Of a stretch of DNA of 64,000 nucleotides, positions 19,501-31,900 are shown in pieces. How positions within the stretch are numbered: the stretch's first letter is position 1; the number at the start of each line of letters is the position of its first letter. The notes beneath the pieces are model-generated. The model did not search any database. It saw only the letters and a program-made list of their open reading frames with translations, and had not been told where the DNA came from. Position numbers and translations under genes: made by a program. The stretch is from the NCBI GenBank assembly GCA_009914755.4, contig CP086569.2, forward strand, positions 8,128,001-8,192,000, written 5' to 3'. Origin of the DNA: the human T2T-CHM13v2.0 reference genome, Homo sapiens.

Positions 19501-22500
19501 AGATCTGTGGTGCTTTGCCTGTCCTACTGGAACACAACCTTCAATGTGACTGGGGCTCTTACACATGTATCTTGCCATTGTTGAGATTATGACTCCTTTA
19601 CTTCGACCCAACTCAAAGGAGATGTTGACTCTCATACCCGAAGCCAGAAGTTGTGTGAGAGTGTAAAATTTATTTCTGAACATTTTTGAATGTGTGATTG
19701 TGAAGTTTGACTTTCTCCAGCATCTGAGTATTTTGACTCTCCTTTCTAGGCCCAGAGCCTATAAATTGTGACATAAGTGCACCAGCACCTAAGCAATGTA
19801 TAACAACTTTTTGGCAATGCAACTAGGGGCACTTTTACATATCACTGGTACCAGCAACCAGCTGATGTGAAATCTTGGACTAAACCCTGCCTACAAAGAG
19901 GATTATGGCTTTTATCTAGATCCATCATGTAAATGGATGTGAGTTCCTTCTACTGCCTTGGCCCTGCACTTATGGTGTATTGTGATGTATAACTAGGTAC
20001 TGCACTTAGGTGATGAGAGACTTTTTTTGAGGGGAGTTCTGCTATTAAAAAGCTATGTAACATATCACTTGACTCAGGCCCTAGGTGATGTTTCTTCTCT
20101 CCTGCCTTGGCCCTGACCACCAGAGAGATTTTGACATATTATTGAACCCAGCACCAAGGTGAGGTCACTCTCCTGCCTTGATCTTGCACAGAAGGGCCAT
20201 TGTGACATATGTCAAGGCAAATTGCCTTTGTGTGATCTGTTTTCTCTCCTGCCTAAGCCCTGCCAGGAGGGAGGATTTAAATATTTCACTTAAACCAGAA
20301 TCTAGGTGATTGACTCTTCTCCAAGAGTCCCACCCACAAAGAGAATTGTGACATTTCACAGGACATGCATCCACATGTGATTTTCCTTTCCTTTCTTCTC
20401 CCTCCCCACAGGTGATATTGTGCCATATACTTGAGAGAAGATAAAAGGCCTAATAGTGACTCTTGTACCAGGAACCAGGACACTTGCCAGATTGTGACTC
20501 TCAACCCAAGCCTGAGCCTTTCTACAGGTGTTATTGTGACATTTGCTTTTGCCAAGCTCCTGAGTGATTTACTAATCCTATTTATAGCCCAGATATGACA
20601 TTTTTACATATAACTGGGACAAAACCTTGGTGATTTGACTTTTGTCTTAATAGGATCATCCAAAGGGGTCATATCTCTGGACCTATCATCTAGGTTTTGT
20701 GACTTTCCCGACTGAACCCTGATTAAAATGAAGAGTTTAGCATTTCTATGCACTACATCCAAATGATATGACCCTTGTGCCTGGGCTGTTACAACAGGAG
20801 GCATTGTGATGTATCTCTGGACCCATCATTTAGGTGATATGACTCTCCTCTCCTGCCTGGACACAGTACACAAGGGACATTATGCGATAGAGCTGGGCAT
20901 AACACCCAAGTTCTGTGACTTCTCTGCTAGGGCCTTGGCTACAAAGAGAATATTGGAATATTTCTGGCTTAGGATTTATGCGATGTGTCATCCTGCCTGT
21001 TTAGTAACCACAGAGGGCATGGTGACATACATACCTAGGTATAGCTAGCAGGCTTGATAATGACTCTCATATGTGGACACAGCCAACAGGAGAAATTTTG
21101 ACTCTTACAACTAAGTTTAGAGACATGAGTGAAGCAAAGCATCTCTTACTGTTAACAAAGTCACATAAGATTACAACACTCACACATTCTTTATAACACC
21201 TTTATGTTGTACAGAGAGTGTCATAAAAGGGCCTAGCACAAAGAGCAAATTGTGAGTCTCATATAACCACCCAGCTGACTGTAAATACTTTCACCATCAC
21301 AGATGGATAAAGTCTACTGTTCTACATGAAAACAAGACACATGTGGTATTGTAAATCTAATCCCTAGAATTTTATTTTATCATGACTGTGATATAAAACT
21401 TTTCAGTGCACTTTTTTGATTTCACTCTTCAGACTGGTTACAGCCTACATATGGGATTTTGATATCTACCTGGACCAACGTTGAAGTTTTGTGACTGTTC
21501 TGCCTGGGTCCTGCTGTCAGTAAGAATTGTGACATCATTGGATCCAGTACTTAGGTGATGTTACATTCTTGCCTGACCCATGCCCCCAGACATCCTTTTG
21601 ACATATTATGTTGTCCATCACGGAGATTATGTAATTTTCCCCACTGGAATGGTTCCTGCACACAGGGCAAGGGAGTGACATATGCATAGATCAGGTAAAC
21701 CGGTAATGATACTTTTTTTTTGCCTAGGCCATGCACAAAAGACAAGATTATGACATATTACAGGACCTGTTATATAGGTGATATGGCTCTTCTGCTTGAA
21801 ACATGCCCACTTGAATAGTGACATATTTCTAGACCAGGAACAAATGTGATGGTATTCTTTTGCCAAGGCCATGCTTTCAGGAAGGTTATGTTACATATCT
21901 CTGGGACTATCACCTAGGTGATGTGAATTCCTTCATGGGCTTCCCACATGGAGCATTTTATCATAAGGGTGGAACCTGCTCCTAGGTGATATAACTCTCT
22001 GGTCTTGGTCCATTACTAAAGGGGACTTGTGGATATCTCAGGACCCAGGAAAGGTGATGTGCCTCTTCAGCCTGGTTTTTTCCCACATATTAAATTTTGA
22101 CCTATACCTAAAGAAGAACCTAGGTGATATGGCTCACTTTTTTTTTTTAATTTTTTAATTTTCTTGCCTGAGCCCTGCCTATTAATGACATTGGGTCATA
22201 TCTTTGAGTCCACGACCTAAGTAATTTGACTCACTTCTTCTGTCTGGACTTTTACAGTGGGAGAATTGTGACATATTGAGAAGCCCTGTACTTAGGTCAT
22301 GTGACCCATCTTCTTGCTAAAGAGTGCCCAGGAATAGGACTTTTGCTCTATTTCAGGACCCAACACCCAGATAATGTTACTCTTCTGCCTAGGTCATATA
22401 TAAAGAGGAAATTTTGGCATATTGCTTTGCCCAGCACCCTAAGGATATGACTCTGCTCTCTATGCCAGGGCTACAGAAGGTACTTTGACATATCTTTGGC

Positions 22501-25500
22501 TTATTCTGTAGGTGTTTTGGCACTAATCAGTTTGCTAGGTTTCTTCCATGTGTTTTTGTGTAATATTGTAGGTTCCAGCCCTAGTTAATGTGACCTCATT
22601 TCTTAGGCCCTGCTTAGATAGGGCACTGTGATATATTGCTTGGCACAGCACCTTAATGATATTAATCTTGGGCCTAGATTTTTGCCCACAAATGGGATTA
22701 TGACATGTAACTTGCTTCAGTTCAAAGGCAGGATGATCAAGCTTATTGTGGGATTAAGCCAATAGGATATATTTTGCTTCTCACCCCTAGGTTTAAATCA
22801 ATATTTAAGGTCCTCCATTTCATGTTTGTTCAAAGATCACAGAATTTTACAACACTAACTTATATCCAGCATTTACAAAGCTTAGTTTTGAGGTTTTGAA
22901 TCGAACAAGTCAATACAACCCAAAGTTTGAATTGTGACTCTCATAAGTGAATCTGACTAAAGGTGAGATGGTGAATCATTTCTGCACCCAGCTCACAGAT
23001 CTAATAATGATTTCAACCCTGATGCCAGCCTATAGAAGACATGTTTTCTGACATACCTTGGTTAGGGCAATATGTAAGATTATGAGTCCATATAAGTATA
23101 TAGGCCTCAGAAAGTTTTCAACTCTCATGCATGTTGTATAAAGTTTTCAAATGTTGCAGAAAGTATCATACAATGGCAAGCACACTCAGGGGTTTGTGAC
23201 TGTCATATACACAACTAGAAAACAGATAATGGTGTCAAAGGTAAGATCACGAGATTATGTCATAACAGCAGATATTTTCACCTCTTGCTGAGCCTATTGG
23301 CTAGGTGACATTTCTCTCCTGCCAGTGCCTTGCTCACAGGTGACACTGTGACATATTGCTGGATTTAGCAACTAGGTAATGTGACTCTCCTCTTGTGCAT
23401 GGATCCTGTTCACTGAAGAAATTGTGACATACCACTGAGCACAAATTTTAGGTAACATGGCTCCCTTCTTTGTCGTGGGCTCTGCCAAAAGAGGGACTTA
23501 TTACATATTATTGAGCTCAGCATGCTTGTGGTGTAATTCTTTTTTTTTTTCTTTGAACATGTTTACATTGGGCATGGTGACATATTACCTGAGGCTGTAC
23601 TCAGGTGATGTCGGTGTGGGGGTCTTCTTCCTGGTTTTTCTACCCACATGTTAGATTGTGACATATAACTAGAAAAGTACATAGGTGATATGACTCTTCT
23701 TTTCTACCTGAGCCCTGCATAAAGGAGACTGTGGACAGTGGGTTATATCTCTGAGCCCAAGACCTGAGTGAAGTGACTCTTTTCTCCTGCCTAGTCTTTA
23801 CAATGGGATGATTGTGACATATTGCTGACCCCAGCACTCAGGTTATTAGACAAACAAAAATTTTGACGTATTGCAGGGCCCAGCATGCAGATAACATTAC
23901 TATTTTGCCTCTGTCCTGCATATATGAAGAATTATGGCATATTGCTGGGTACAGCACCCTAATAATGTGACTCTCATGCCTGTCCCAAAGCCATAGAAGA
24001 TATTTTGACATATCCTGGGCTCATTCTGTTGGCATTTTGGTTCTCACTTCTAGGTTTTTTCTTTTTTCACATATGGGATTTTGTCATATTGCAGGGTCCA
24101 AAACTCAGTTAACGTGACCCTAATTCCTATATCCTTCTTAGAGAGGACATTATGACATGATGCTTGACACAGAACTTAAGTGATGTTATCCTCCTGCCTA
24201 CTTTTTTGATCACAAATGGGACTCTGTCATATACCTTACTTCAGCTCACAGGTAGGATGGTCAAACTTATCCTGGGATTCAGCCAATAGGAGATATTTTG
24301 CCTTTCATCACTAGGCTTAGGGCAATAGATGAGGTCCTGTGTTTGTTTCATATTTGTATCAAGCTCAAAAACTTTACAACAGTAACTCATAATGAATACA
24401 CTTCTTGGGTTGTGCAGAGACTTTTATGACAGAGATCAGCAAAAGTTTAGATTGGGACTCTCCATTAGACACCCAGGTGAAAGCAAATATTGTCACCATC
24501 TCACATGTATAAAGACCACTATTACATTCCTGAGTCTGAAAGTCAATAGAGCACAAAGTCAGAATTGTGATCTTCATGTGTGGATCTGGCCACAAATGGG
24601 ATGGTGACTCATTTCTGGATCCAGCTCACAGGCAAAATAACAGGTCTAATCCCTAAACCCAGCCTAAAGAAGATATGTTGACTATTATATCTGTGTTTAG
24701 GACAATATGTAAAAATTCATACAAGCATGTAAGCCTCAGAATGGCTTGCAACTCTCATGAATACTGTATAAAGCCTTCAAAGGTTGTAGAGTGTCACACA
24801 TACAGTGTGATCTAGGAAACATGTGAGCTTGTGATTCTCCTATTCACACCCAGCTCACAGTGAATCTTGGAGTTCTGAAAGACCAGGAGTTCTGCATATT
24901 ACTAGGCCTAGTACCCAAATGTTGAGACTTTTAGGCTTAAATTCCTTCCTATAGATTAACCATGACATATCACCTGGTTAAAATCATAATAATGTGACTC
25001 TTCTGCATGGACCCTGAAAACAGGGAATATTTTTGCATATCTCTGGGCCTTTAAGCTCGGTCATTTGTCTCTCTTATTCATGCCCTGCCCCCAGAGGACA
25101 CTGTGAAATATCGTTTTACTTAATATTTAGAAAATGTGACTATCCTCTCCTGCCTGGGCCCTGCTCACCATAGAAGATGTGATATACTGCTGACTGCAAA
25201 ACCTAGGTGATGTGGGTCTCCTGCATATTGTAGACTCTTCCAAGATAAGAAATTAATACATATTGTAGAGCTGAAAAGAATTGGTGGAACCCTCTCTTTT
25301 TCTTCTTTCCTGTCCATGTGGGCTTCGTGACATACTATTTGAAGCTGTACCCAAGTAATATGACTCTTCTGAGTAGGCCCATCCAAAAAATGAGTATATA
25401 CTGTATCACTGGTTTGGCACCCAGATGATGTGATATGACTCTTCTGATTAGCCCCAGCCTACAGGTAAGACTATACTACATAACTGGCTCAGCACCCAGG

Positions 25501-28500
25501 TGATGTGACTCTCCTGGCTTTTTTCTGCTCACAGGTCAAGTTGTGACATATACCAGGTTTAAGCACACATGCACAATAATAATTCTCATACCTGGACCCA
25601 TCCAGTGGAGACAACTGACTCTCACAGCCTGTCTCATGGCCATTGGTAAAGTCCTGTGTTTTTCACTTGTATAAATTTCACGAACGATTATAACACTCAA
25701 GTATATCATATAAAGCCTTAATGATACAAAGATTGTAATAACAGAAACCAGCAACGAAGTGAGAATGTGACCCTTCAATGCACACCTAGCTGACATCATT
25801 GACATTCTCACACATGAACAGGGCCTAGGAATGAGGTAATAAATCTCACACACAAAAAGCAGTCAAAGGTTGAAATAATTACTCTCATAAATGGATCTGA
25901 TTTATGAGTGGTTTGGTAACATGAACCATGATTCAACATGCCTGTAGTGCTGTGACTCCCCTACTGGAAAATGATGTTCAAGTGGTATTGGCACTCTTAT
26001 ACATGGATCTTGCTTATTGTGGAGATTGTGACTGCTCTACTTCAACCCAACTCACAGAAAAAAATTTCATCACATTCACAAAAGAAAGACTTGTGTAAGT
26101 TGTGAAAGTTATCTCCAAATCTTTCTGAGAGTATAAAAAGGAGAGGTAACTTTGCTCAGCACATGAATAATCTGACTCTCTTTTCTAGTCCCAGACCACA
26201 GATTAAATTGTGCGATATGTGAAACAAGCACCTAAGCAATGTATAATTGCTTCCAGAGCCCCCACTGCAAAGGGCCCTTTTATGTATCACTGGGACAATC
26301 ACCCAGGTGATGTAAATTATCTGCCTGAAAACTGCCTACAAGGAGAATTGTGTCTTAAATCTACCCTGACCACAGGGAAATTGTGACACATTACTGCACC
26401 CAGCACTAATTTGAGGTCTCTCTCCAGCCTTGGTACTGAACATTAGGGTCATTGTGACATATACCTGGGCCAGTTGCCTAGGCTAAGTGAGTCTCCTCTC
26501 TTGCCAAAGTCCTGAACACATACTGGATTTTAATATGTCACTGAAAGCAGCATCCAGGTGATGTGACACTTCTGCCAGGGTCCTGCCCACAAAGTGTACT
26601 TTGACATTTTACTGGACCCACACCCACATAGTTGATGTGAAATTCTTGCCCTCTCTGGCCACAGGTGATATTGTGCCATACATTTGAGAATATAACACAA
26701 CCTAATGTTCAGGATGGTGACTCTTATTCTTAAACCTTTCAACAAGCCTAATTGTGACCTAAACCTTTGACCAGCTTCTGAGTGATTTAATAATTCTTCC
26801 TAGGTATAGTCCACAGATGAGGTTTTCACAAATACCTGAGCCAAGTATCTTGGTGATATGAATGTTCTATCTTAAAAATGTCCTTGGGGGAATTTTAACA
26901 TATTTCTGGATCTATTATCTAGATAACATTACTCTCCCTTCTGCTTTTACCCTGCTTAATTGTAGTTTTTCTAAACACTGCATCCAAATGATATTAATAC
27001 CTTGCTTGTTGGCTTTCCCAAAGGGAAGCATTGTGACTTATTTTGGAGCCCATCATTTAGGTGATATGACTCTCCTCTTCTCTCTGGACACTGCCCACAA
27101 GGGAAATTATGCCACAGAGCTGGACACAACACAGAAGTTATGTGACATTTCTAACAGGATACTTACTACAAAGAGAATACTGGAATATTTCTAGCCCAGC
27201 ATTTAGGTGATGTGGCCATTCTTCCTGCTTCATAACCACAGAGGAAATTGTAACATATATTTAGGCACAGGTCACAGGAGTGATAATGACTCTCATATGT
27301 GAACTCAGCCAATAGGGGATATTTTGACTCTTATAACTATGTTTGGAGACATGCATGACGTCCTACATCAGCTGCTTGTACAAACATCACAAAAGTTCAT
27401 AACACTCACATATATTTTGCTAAGTCTTTGGGTTATACAGACGCAGTCAAAACAGGGCTCAGCACGTAGCTGATGTGACTTTCTGCTTGGCCCTGCCCAC
27501 AGGGAGCATTGTGACATAAGTGTGGAACTTGCACAGGGAGCATTGTGACATAAGTGTGGAACTTGCACCTAGGTGATGTAACTCTCTTGACTGGGTACTT
27601 TTCTAAAGAGGGCTTGTGAATATCTCAGGACCTAGGACCAGGTGATGTGGTTCTTCAGCCTGGATTCTGCCCACATGTTAAATTGTCTAGGTATATGTAA
27701 TATACCTAAACAATAGGCATATTGTGACATATTGAGCCCAACACTTAGGTAATGTGACTTTCAACTTGTTGCTGAACAATGCCCATGAACAGACATTTTG
27801 CCATATTTTATGGCTCTGCAACCAGATAATGTTACTCTTCTGCCTAGGTCATGTATAAAGAGGGAGTTATGGCATATTATTGGCACAGCACCCTAATGAC
27901 ATGATCTCCTACCTGTGCCAGAGCCATAGAAAGTGTATTGACATATTTTTGGCCCAATCTATAGGTGTTTTTTCTTTCATCACTTTGCTTGCTTTCTTCC
28001 ACATGTGGTTGTTTCATTTACTAAGCTCCATCCCCCAGTTAATGTGACCCTCTTTACTAGCCCCTGCCTAATGAGGGCATTATTGTTCTGCACAGAACCT
28101 AAGTGATGTTAATGTTCTGCCTAGGTATTGCACACACAAAAAAATGAATTATGACACGTACCTTCCTTCAGTTCAAAGACAAAATGATCAAGCTTATAAT
28201 GGGATTCAGCCAATAGGAGACATTTTTCCTCTCATGAGTAGGTTTAGGTCAATAGGTAAGGTCTTTCATTGGATATTTATACAAAGCTCACAGAAGTTTA
28301 TAGAGCTAACTCATATCATAAATACTTCTTGTGTGGTACAGAGAGTTTCATAACATGACCCATCAAAATGTTAAGATTGTGACTCTCAACTACACATTGA
28401 GGTGAAAGGAAAAGTTGTGTCCATCTTATATTCACAATGCCTTTTGTTGAGGTCCTGATACTAACAAGTGAATACAGTAAAAAATTTGAGCTGTAACTTT

Positions 28501-29250
28501 CATAAGTGAATCTGGCCACAGGTGGGATGGTGACATTTCTAGACCCAGCTCATAGGCATAATAATAATCTCATCCCTGAAACCAGCATATAGGAGAGATG
28601 TTGACGGTCATGCCTTGGTTTAGTAAAATATGGAATATCATGATTCTATAGCAGCATATATGCCTCAGAGTGGTTTGCAACTCTCATTCATGAAGTATAA
28701 AGCCTTCAAATGTTGTAAAGGGTCATGCAGTGGCCCAGGAAACATGTGAGATTGTGACTCTCATATACACAGCCTTTGTATGTGTCTTTGAGTGTCACAC
28801 TCAAAGACAAGGAGACTTGGCATATTACTAGGCATAGTGCCCAGGTGTTAAGACATTTTGGCTTAAATTTCTTCCCATGGGTGCATTGTGACATATTGCT
28901 GGGTTAGAATCATAAAAATTTGACTCTTCTGCTTGGACCCTGCCAAAAGAGGATAGTGTTACATATCTCTGGGCCTATAAGCTTGGTGATTTTTCTCTCT
29001 TGCCTGGGCCCTGCCCCCATGAGACATTGTAAAATATCGTTTGGCTTAACATCCAGATCATGTTACCCACCTCTCCTGTCTGTTTTCTTCTCACCAAATA
29101 AATTGTAACATACCGCTGATTGCAAAATCTCGGTAATGTGACTCTCCTTTATATTCTAGACTTTGTCAAGAGGGGACTATTACATATTGCAGAGCCCAGC
29201 ACCTAGGTTGAGGTACTCTCCTCGTATTATCTTTTTCTATCAATAGCAGT
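16570..29250 (-). repeat. Beta satellite main array (~12.7 kb) with multi-kb higher-order repeat: copy 1 ~16570-21230, copy 2 ~21230-27290 (contains an extra ~1.5-kb internal tandem duplication, 22700-24220 vs 24220-25550), copy 3 ~27290-29250 truncated by L1
   Basis: Anchors recur at large spacing. 16720/21340 share 'gtaatatgtggtattgcaaatct', ~4.6 kb apart. 17140/21940/27500 share 'gcccacatggagtattgtgacataagtgtg', 4.8 and 5.6 kb apart. 19300/25740 share 'gcaccagcaaccaagtg…gctgacacagttgtcattttcacacatgaacag', 6.4 kb apart. The blocks with the strongly diverged monomers recur at 17880-18500, 22700-23230, 24220-24850 and 28160-28800. Confidence 0.8.
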
Positions 29251-29253
29251 CTT

Positions 29254-31900
29254 TATTATTATTATTATTATTATTATTTAATTTTTATGGTACATATGCA
29301 CAAAGTGCAGGTTTGTTACATATGTATACATCTGTCATTTTGGAGTGCTGCACTCATTAAGCAGTCATTTAACATTAGGTATATCTCCCAATGTTATCCC
29401 TCCCCCATCTGCCCACCCCACAACAGGCCCCAGTGTGAGAATGTTCCCCTTTCTGTGTCTATGTGTTCTCATTATTCAATTCCCACTTATGAGTGAGAAT
29501 ATGCGGTGTTTGGTTTTTTGTCCTTGAGATAGTTTGCTGAGAATGATGGTTTTCAGCTTCATCCATGTCCCTACAAAGGACATGAACTCATCACTTTTTA
29601 TGGCTGCAAGGTAGTCCATGGTGTATATGTGCCACATTTTCTTAATTAAGTCTATAATTGTTGGACATTTGGTTTGGTTCCTAGTCTTTGCTATTGTGAA
29701 TAGTGCTGCAATAAACTTATGTGTGCATGTGTCTGTATAGCAGCATGATATATAATCCTTTGTGTATATACCCAGTAATGGAATGGCTGGGTCAAATGGT
29801 ATTTCTAGTTCTAGATCCCTGAGGAATCGCCACACAGACTTCCACAGTGGTTGAACTAGTTTACAGTCCCACCAACAGTGTAAAAGTGTTCCTATTTCTC
29901 CACATCCTCTCAGCACCTGTTTTTTCCTGACTTTTTAATGATTGCCATTTGAACTGGTGTGAGATGGTATCTCATTGTGATTTTGATTTGCATTTATCTG
30001 ATGACCAGTGATGATGAGCATTTTTTCATGTGTCCTTTGGCTGCATAAATGTCTTCTTTTGAGATGTGTCTGTTCATATCCTTCACCCACTTTTTTATGG
30101 GGTTGTTTTTTTCTTGTAAATTTGTTTGAGTTCATTGTAGATTCTGGATATTAGCCCTTTGTCAGATGAGCAGATTGCAAAAATTTTCTCCCATTCTGTA
30201 GGTTGCCTGTTCACTCTGATGGTGGTTTCTTTTGCTGTGCAGAAACTCTTCAGTTTAATTAGATCCCATTTGTCAATTTTGGCTTTTGTTGCCATTGCTT
30301 TTGGTGTTTTAGACGTGAAGTCCTTGCCCACGCCTATGTCCCAAATGGTATTGCCTAGCTTTTTTCTAGGGTTTTTATAGTTTTAGATCTAACATTTAAG
30401 CTTTACTCCATCTTGAAATAATTTCTGTATAAGGTGTAAGGAAGGGATCCAATTTCACCTTTCTACAAATGACTAGCCAGTTTTCCCAGCACCATGTATT
30501 AAATGGGGAATTGTTTCCCCATTTCTTGTTTTTGTCAGGTTTGTCAAATCTCAGATGGTTGTAGACATGTGGCATTATTTCTGAGGGCTCTGTTCTGTTC
30601 CATTGATCTATATCTCTGTTTTGGTACCAGTACCATGCTGTTTTGGTTACTGTAGCCTTGTAGTATAGTTTGAAGTCAGGTAGCATGATGCCTCCAGCTT
30701 TGTTCTTTTGGCTTAGGATTGACTTAGCAATGCGGGCTCTTTTTTGGTTCCATATGAACTTTAAAGCAGTTTTTTCCAATTCTATGAAGAAAGTCTTTGG
30801 TAGCTTGATGGGGATGACATTGAATCTAGAAATTACCTTTGGCAGTGTGGCCATTTTCACAATATTGGATATTGATTCTTCCTACCCATGAGCATGGAAT
30901 GTTCTTCCATTGTTTGTATCCTCTTTTATTTCATTGAGCAGTGGTTTGTAGTTCTCCTTGAAGAGGTCCTTCCCATCTCTTGTAAGTTGGATTCCTAGGT
31001 ATTTTATTCTCTTTGTAGCAATTGTGAATGGGAGTTCACTCATGATTTAGCTCTGTTTGTCTGTTATTGGTGTATAGGAATACTTGTGATTTTTGCACAT
31101 TGATTTGGTATCGTGAGAATTTGCTGAAGTTGCTTACTAGCTTAAGGAGATTTGGGGCTGAGCGGATGGGGTTTTCTAGATATACAATCATGTCATCTGC
31201 AAACAGGGAAAACTTGACTTCTTCGTTTCCTAATTGAATACCCTTTATTTCTTTCTCCTGCCTGATTGCCATGGCCAGAACTTCCAACACTATGTTGAAT
31301 AGGAGTGGTGAGAGAGGGCATCCCTGCCTTGTGCCAATTTTCAAAGGGAATGTTTCCAGTTTTTTTCCTTTCAGTATGATATTGGCTGTGGTTTTGCCAT
31401 AGATAGTTCTTATTATTGTGAGATACATCCCATCAATACCTAATATATTAAAAGTTTTTAGCATAAATGGTTGTTGAATATTGTCAAGGCCTTTTCTGCA
31501 TCTATTGAGATAATCATGTGGTTTTTGTCATTGGTTCTGTTTATATGCTGGTTTACATTTATTGATTTACATATGTTGAACCAGCCTTGCATCCCAGGGA
31601 TGAAGCCCAGTTGATCATGATGCACAAGCTTTTTGATGTGCTGCTGGATTTGGTTTTCAAGTATTTTATTGAGGATTTTTGCATCAATGTTCATCAGGGA
31701 TAGTGGTCTAAAATTCTCTTCTTTTGTGTGTCTCTGCCAGGCATAGGCATCAGGATGATGCTGGCCTCATAAAATGAGTTAGGGAGTATTCCCTCTTTTT
31801 CTATTGATGGGAATAGTTTCAGAAGGAATGATCCCAGCTCCTTTTACCTCTGGTAGAATTCGGCTGTGAATCCACCTGGTCCTGGACATTTTTTGGCCAT
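29254..31900 (-). mobile_element. L1PA-type LINE-1, 5'-truncated (~2.65 kb: 3' UTR plus C-terminal ~2/3 of ORF2), antisense; the (ATT)n run at 29254-29280 is its modified A-tail
   Basis: Its 3' end reads on the plus strand as '(att)n…tttaatttttatggtacatatgcac' (reverse complement: the canonical L1 3' terminus plus A-tail). Minus-strand ORFs 29476-29916 (…GEIGTLLHCWWDCKLVQPLWKSVWRFLRDLELEIPFDPAIPLLGIY…, the ORF2 C-terminus), 30396-30860, 31036-31464 and 31458-31694 (RT motifs) are L1 ORF2. L1-like sequence stops at ~31900. Confidence 0.92.

Noticed and set aside
26862-27194. 110-aa ORF and many 60-100 aa ORFs throughout the beta-satellite blocks
   Set aside because: They lie entirely in satellite monomers. 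The same frames reappear in paralogous monomers because of repetition, with no start or stop conservation. Satellite DNA is non-coding.
16570-29250. Regularly spaced ~70-bp direct repeats that could superficially be mistaken for a CRISPR array
   Set aside because: There are no unique spacers, because the whole period is repeated with mutational drift. The context (Alu, L1) is primate nuclear DNA. The monomer matches beta satellite. CRISPR arrays do not occur in eukaryotic nuclear genomes.
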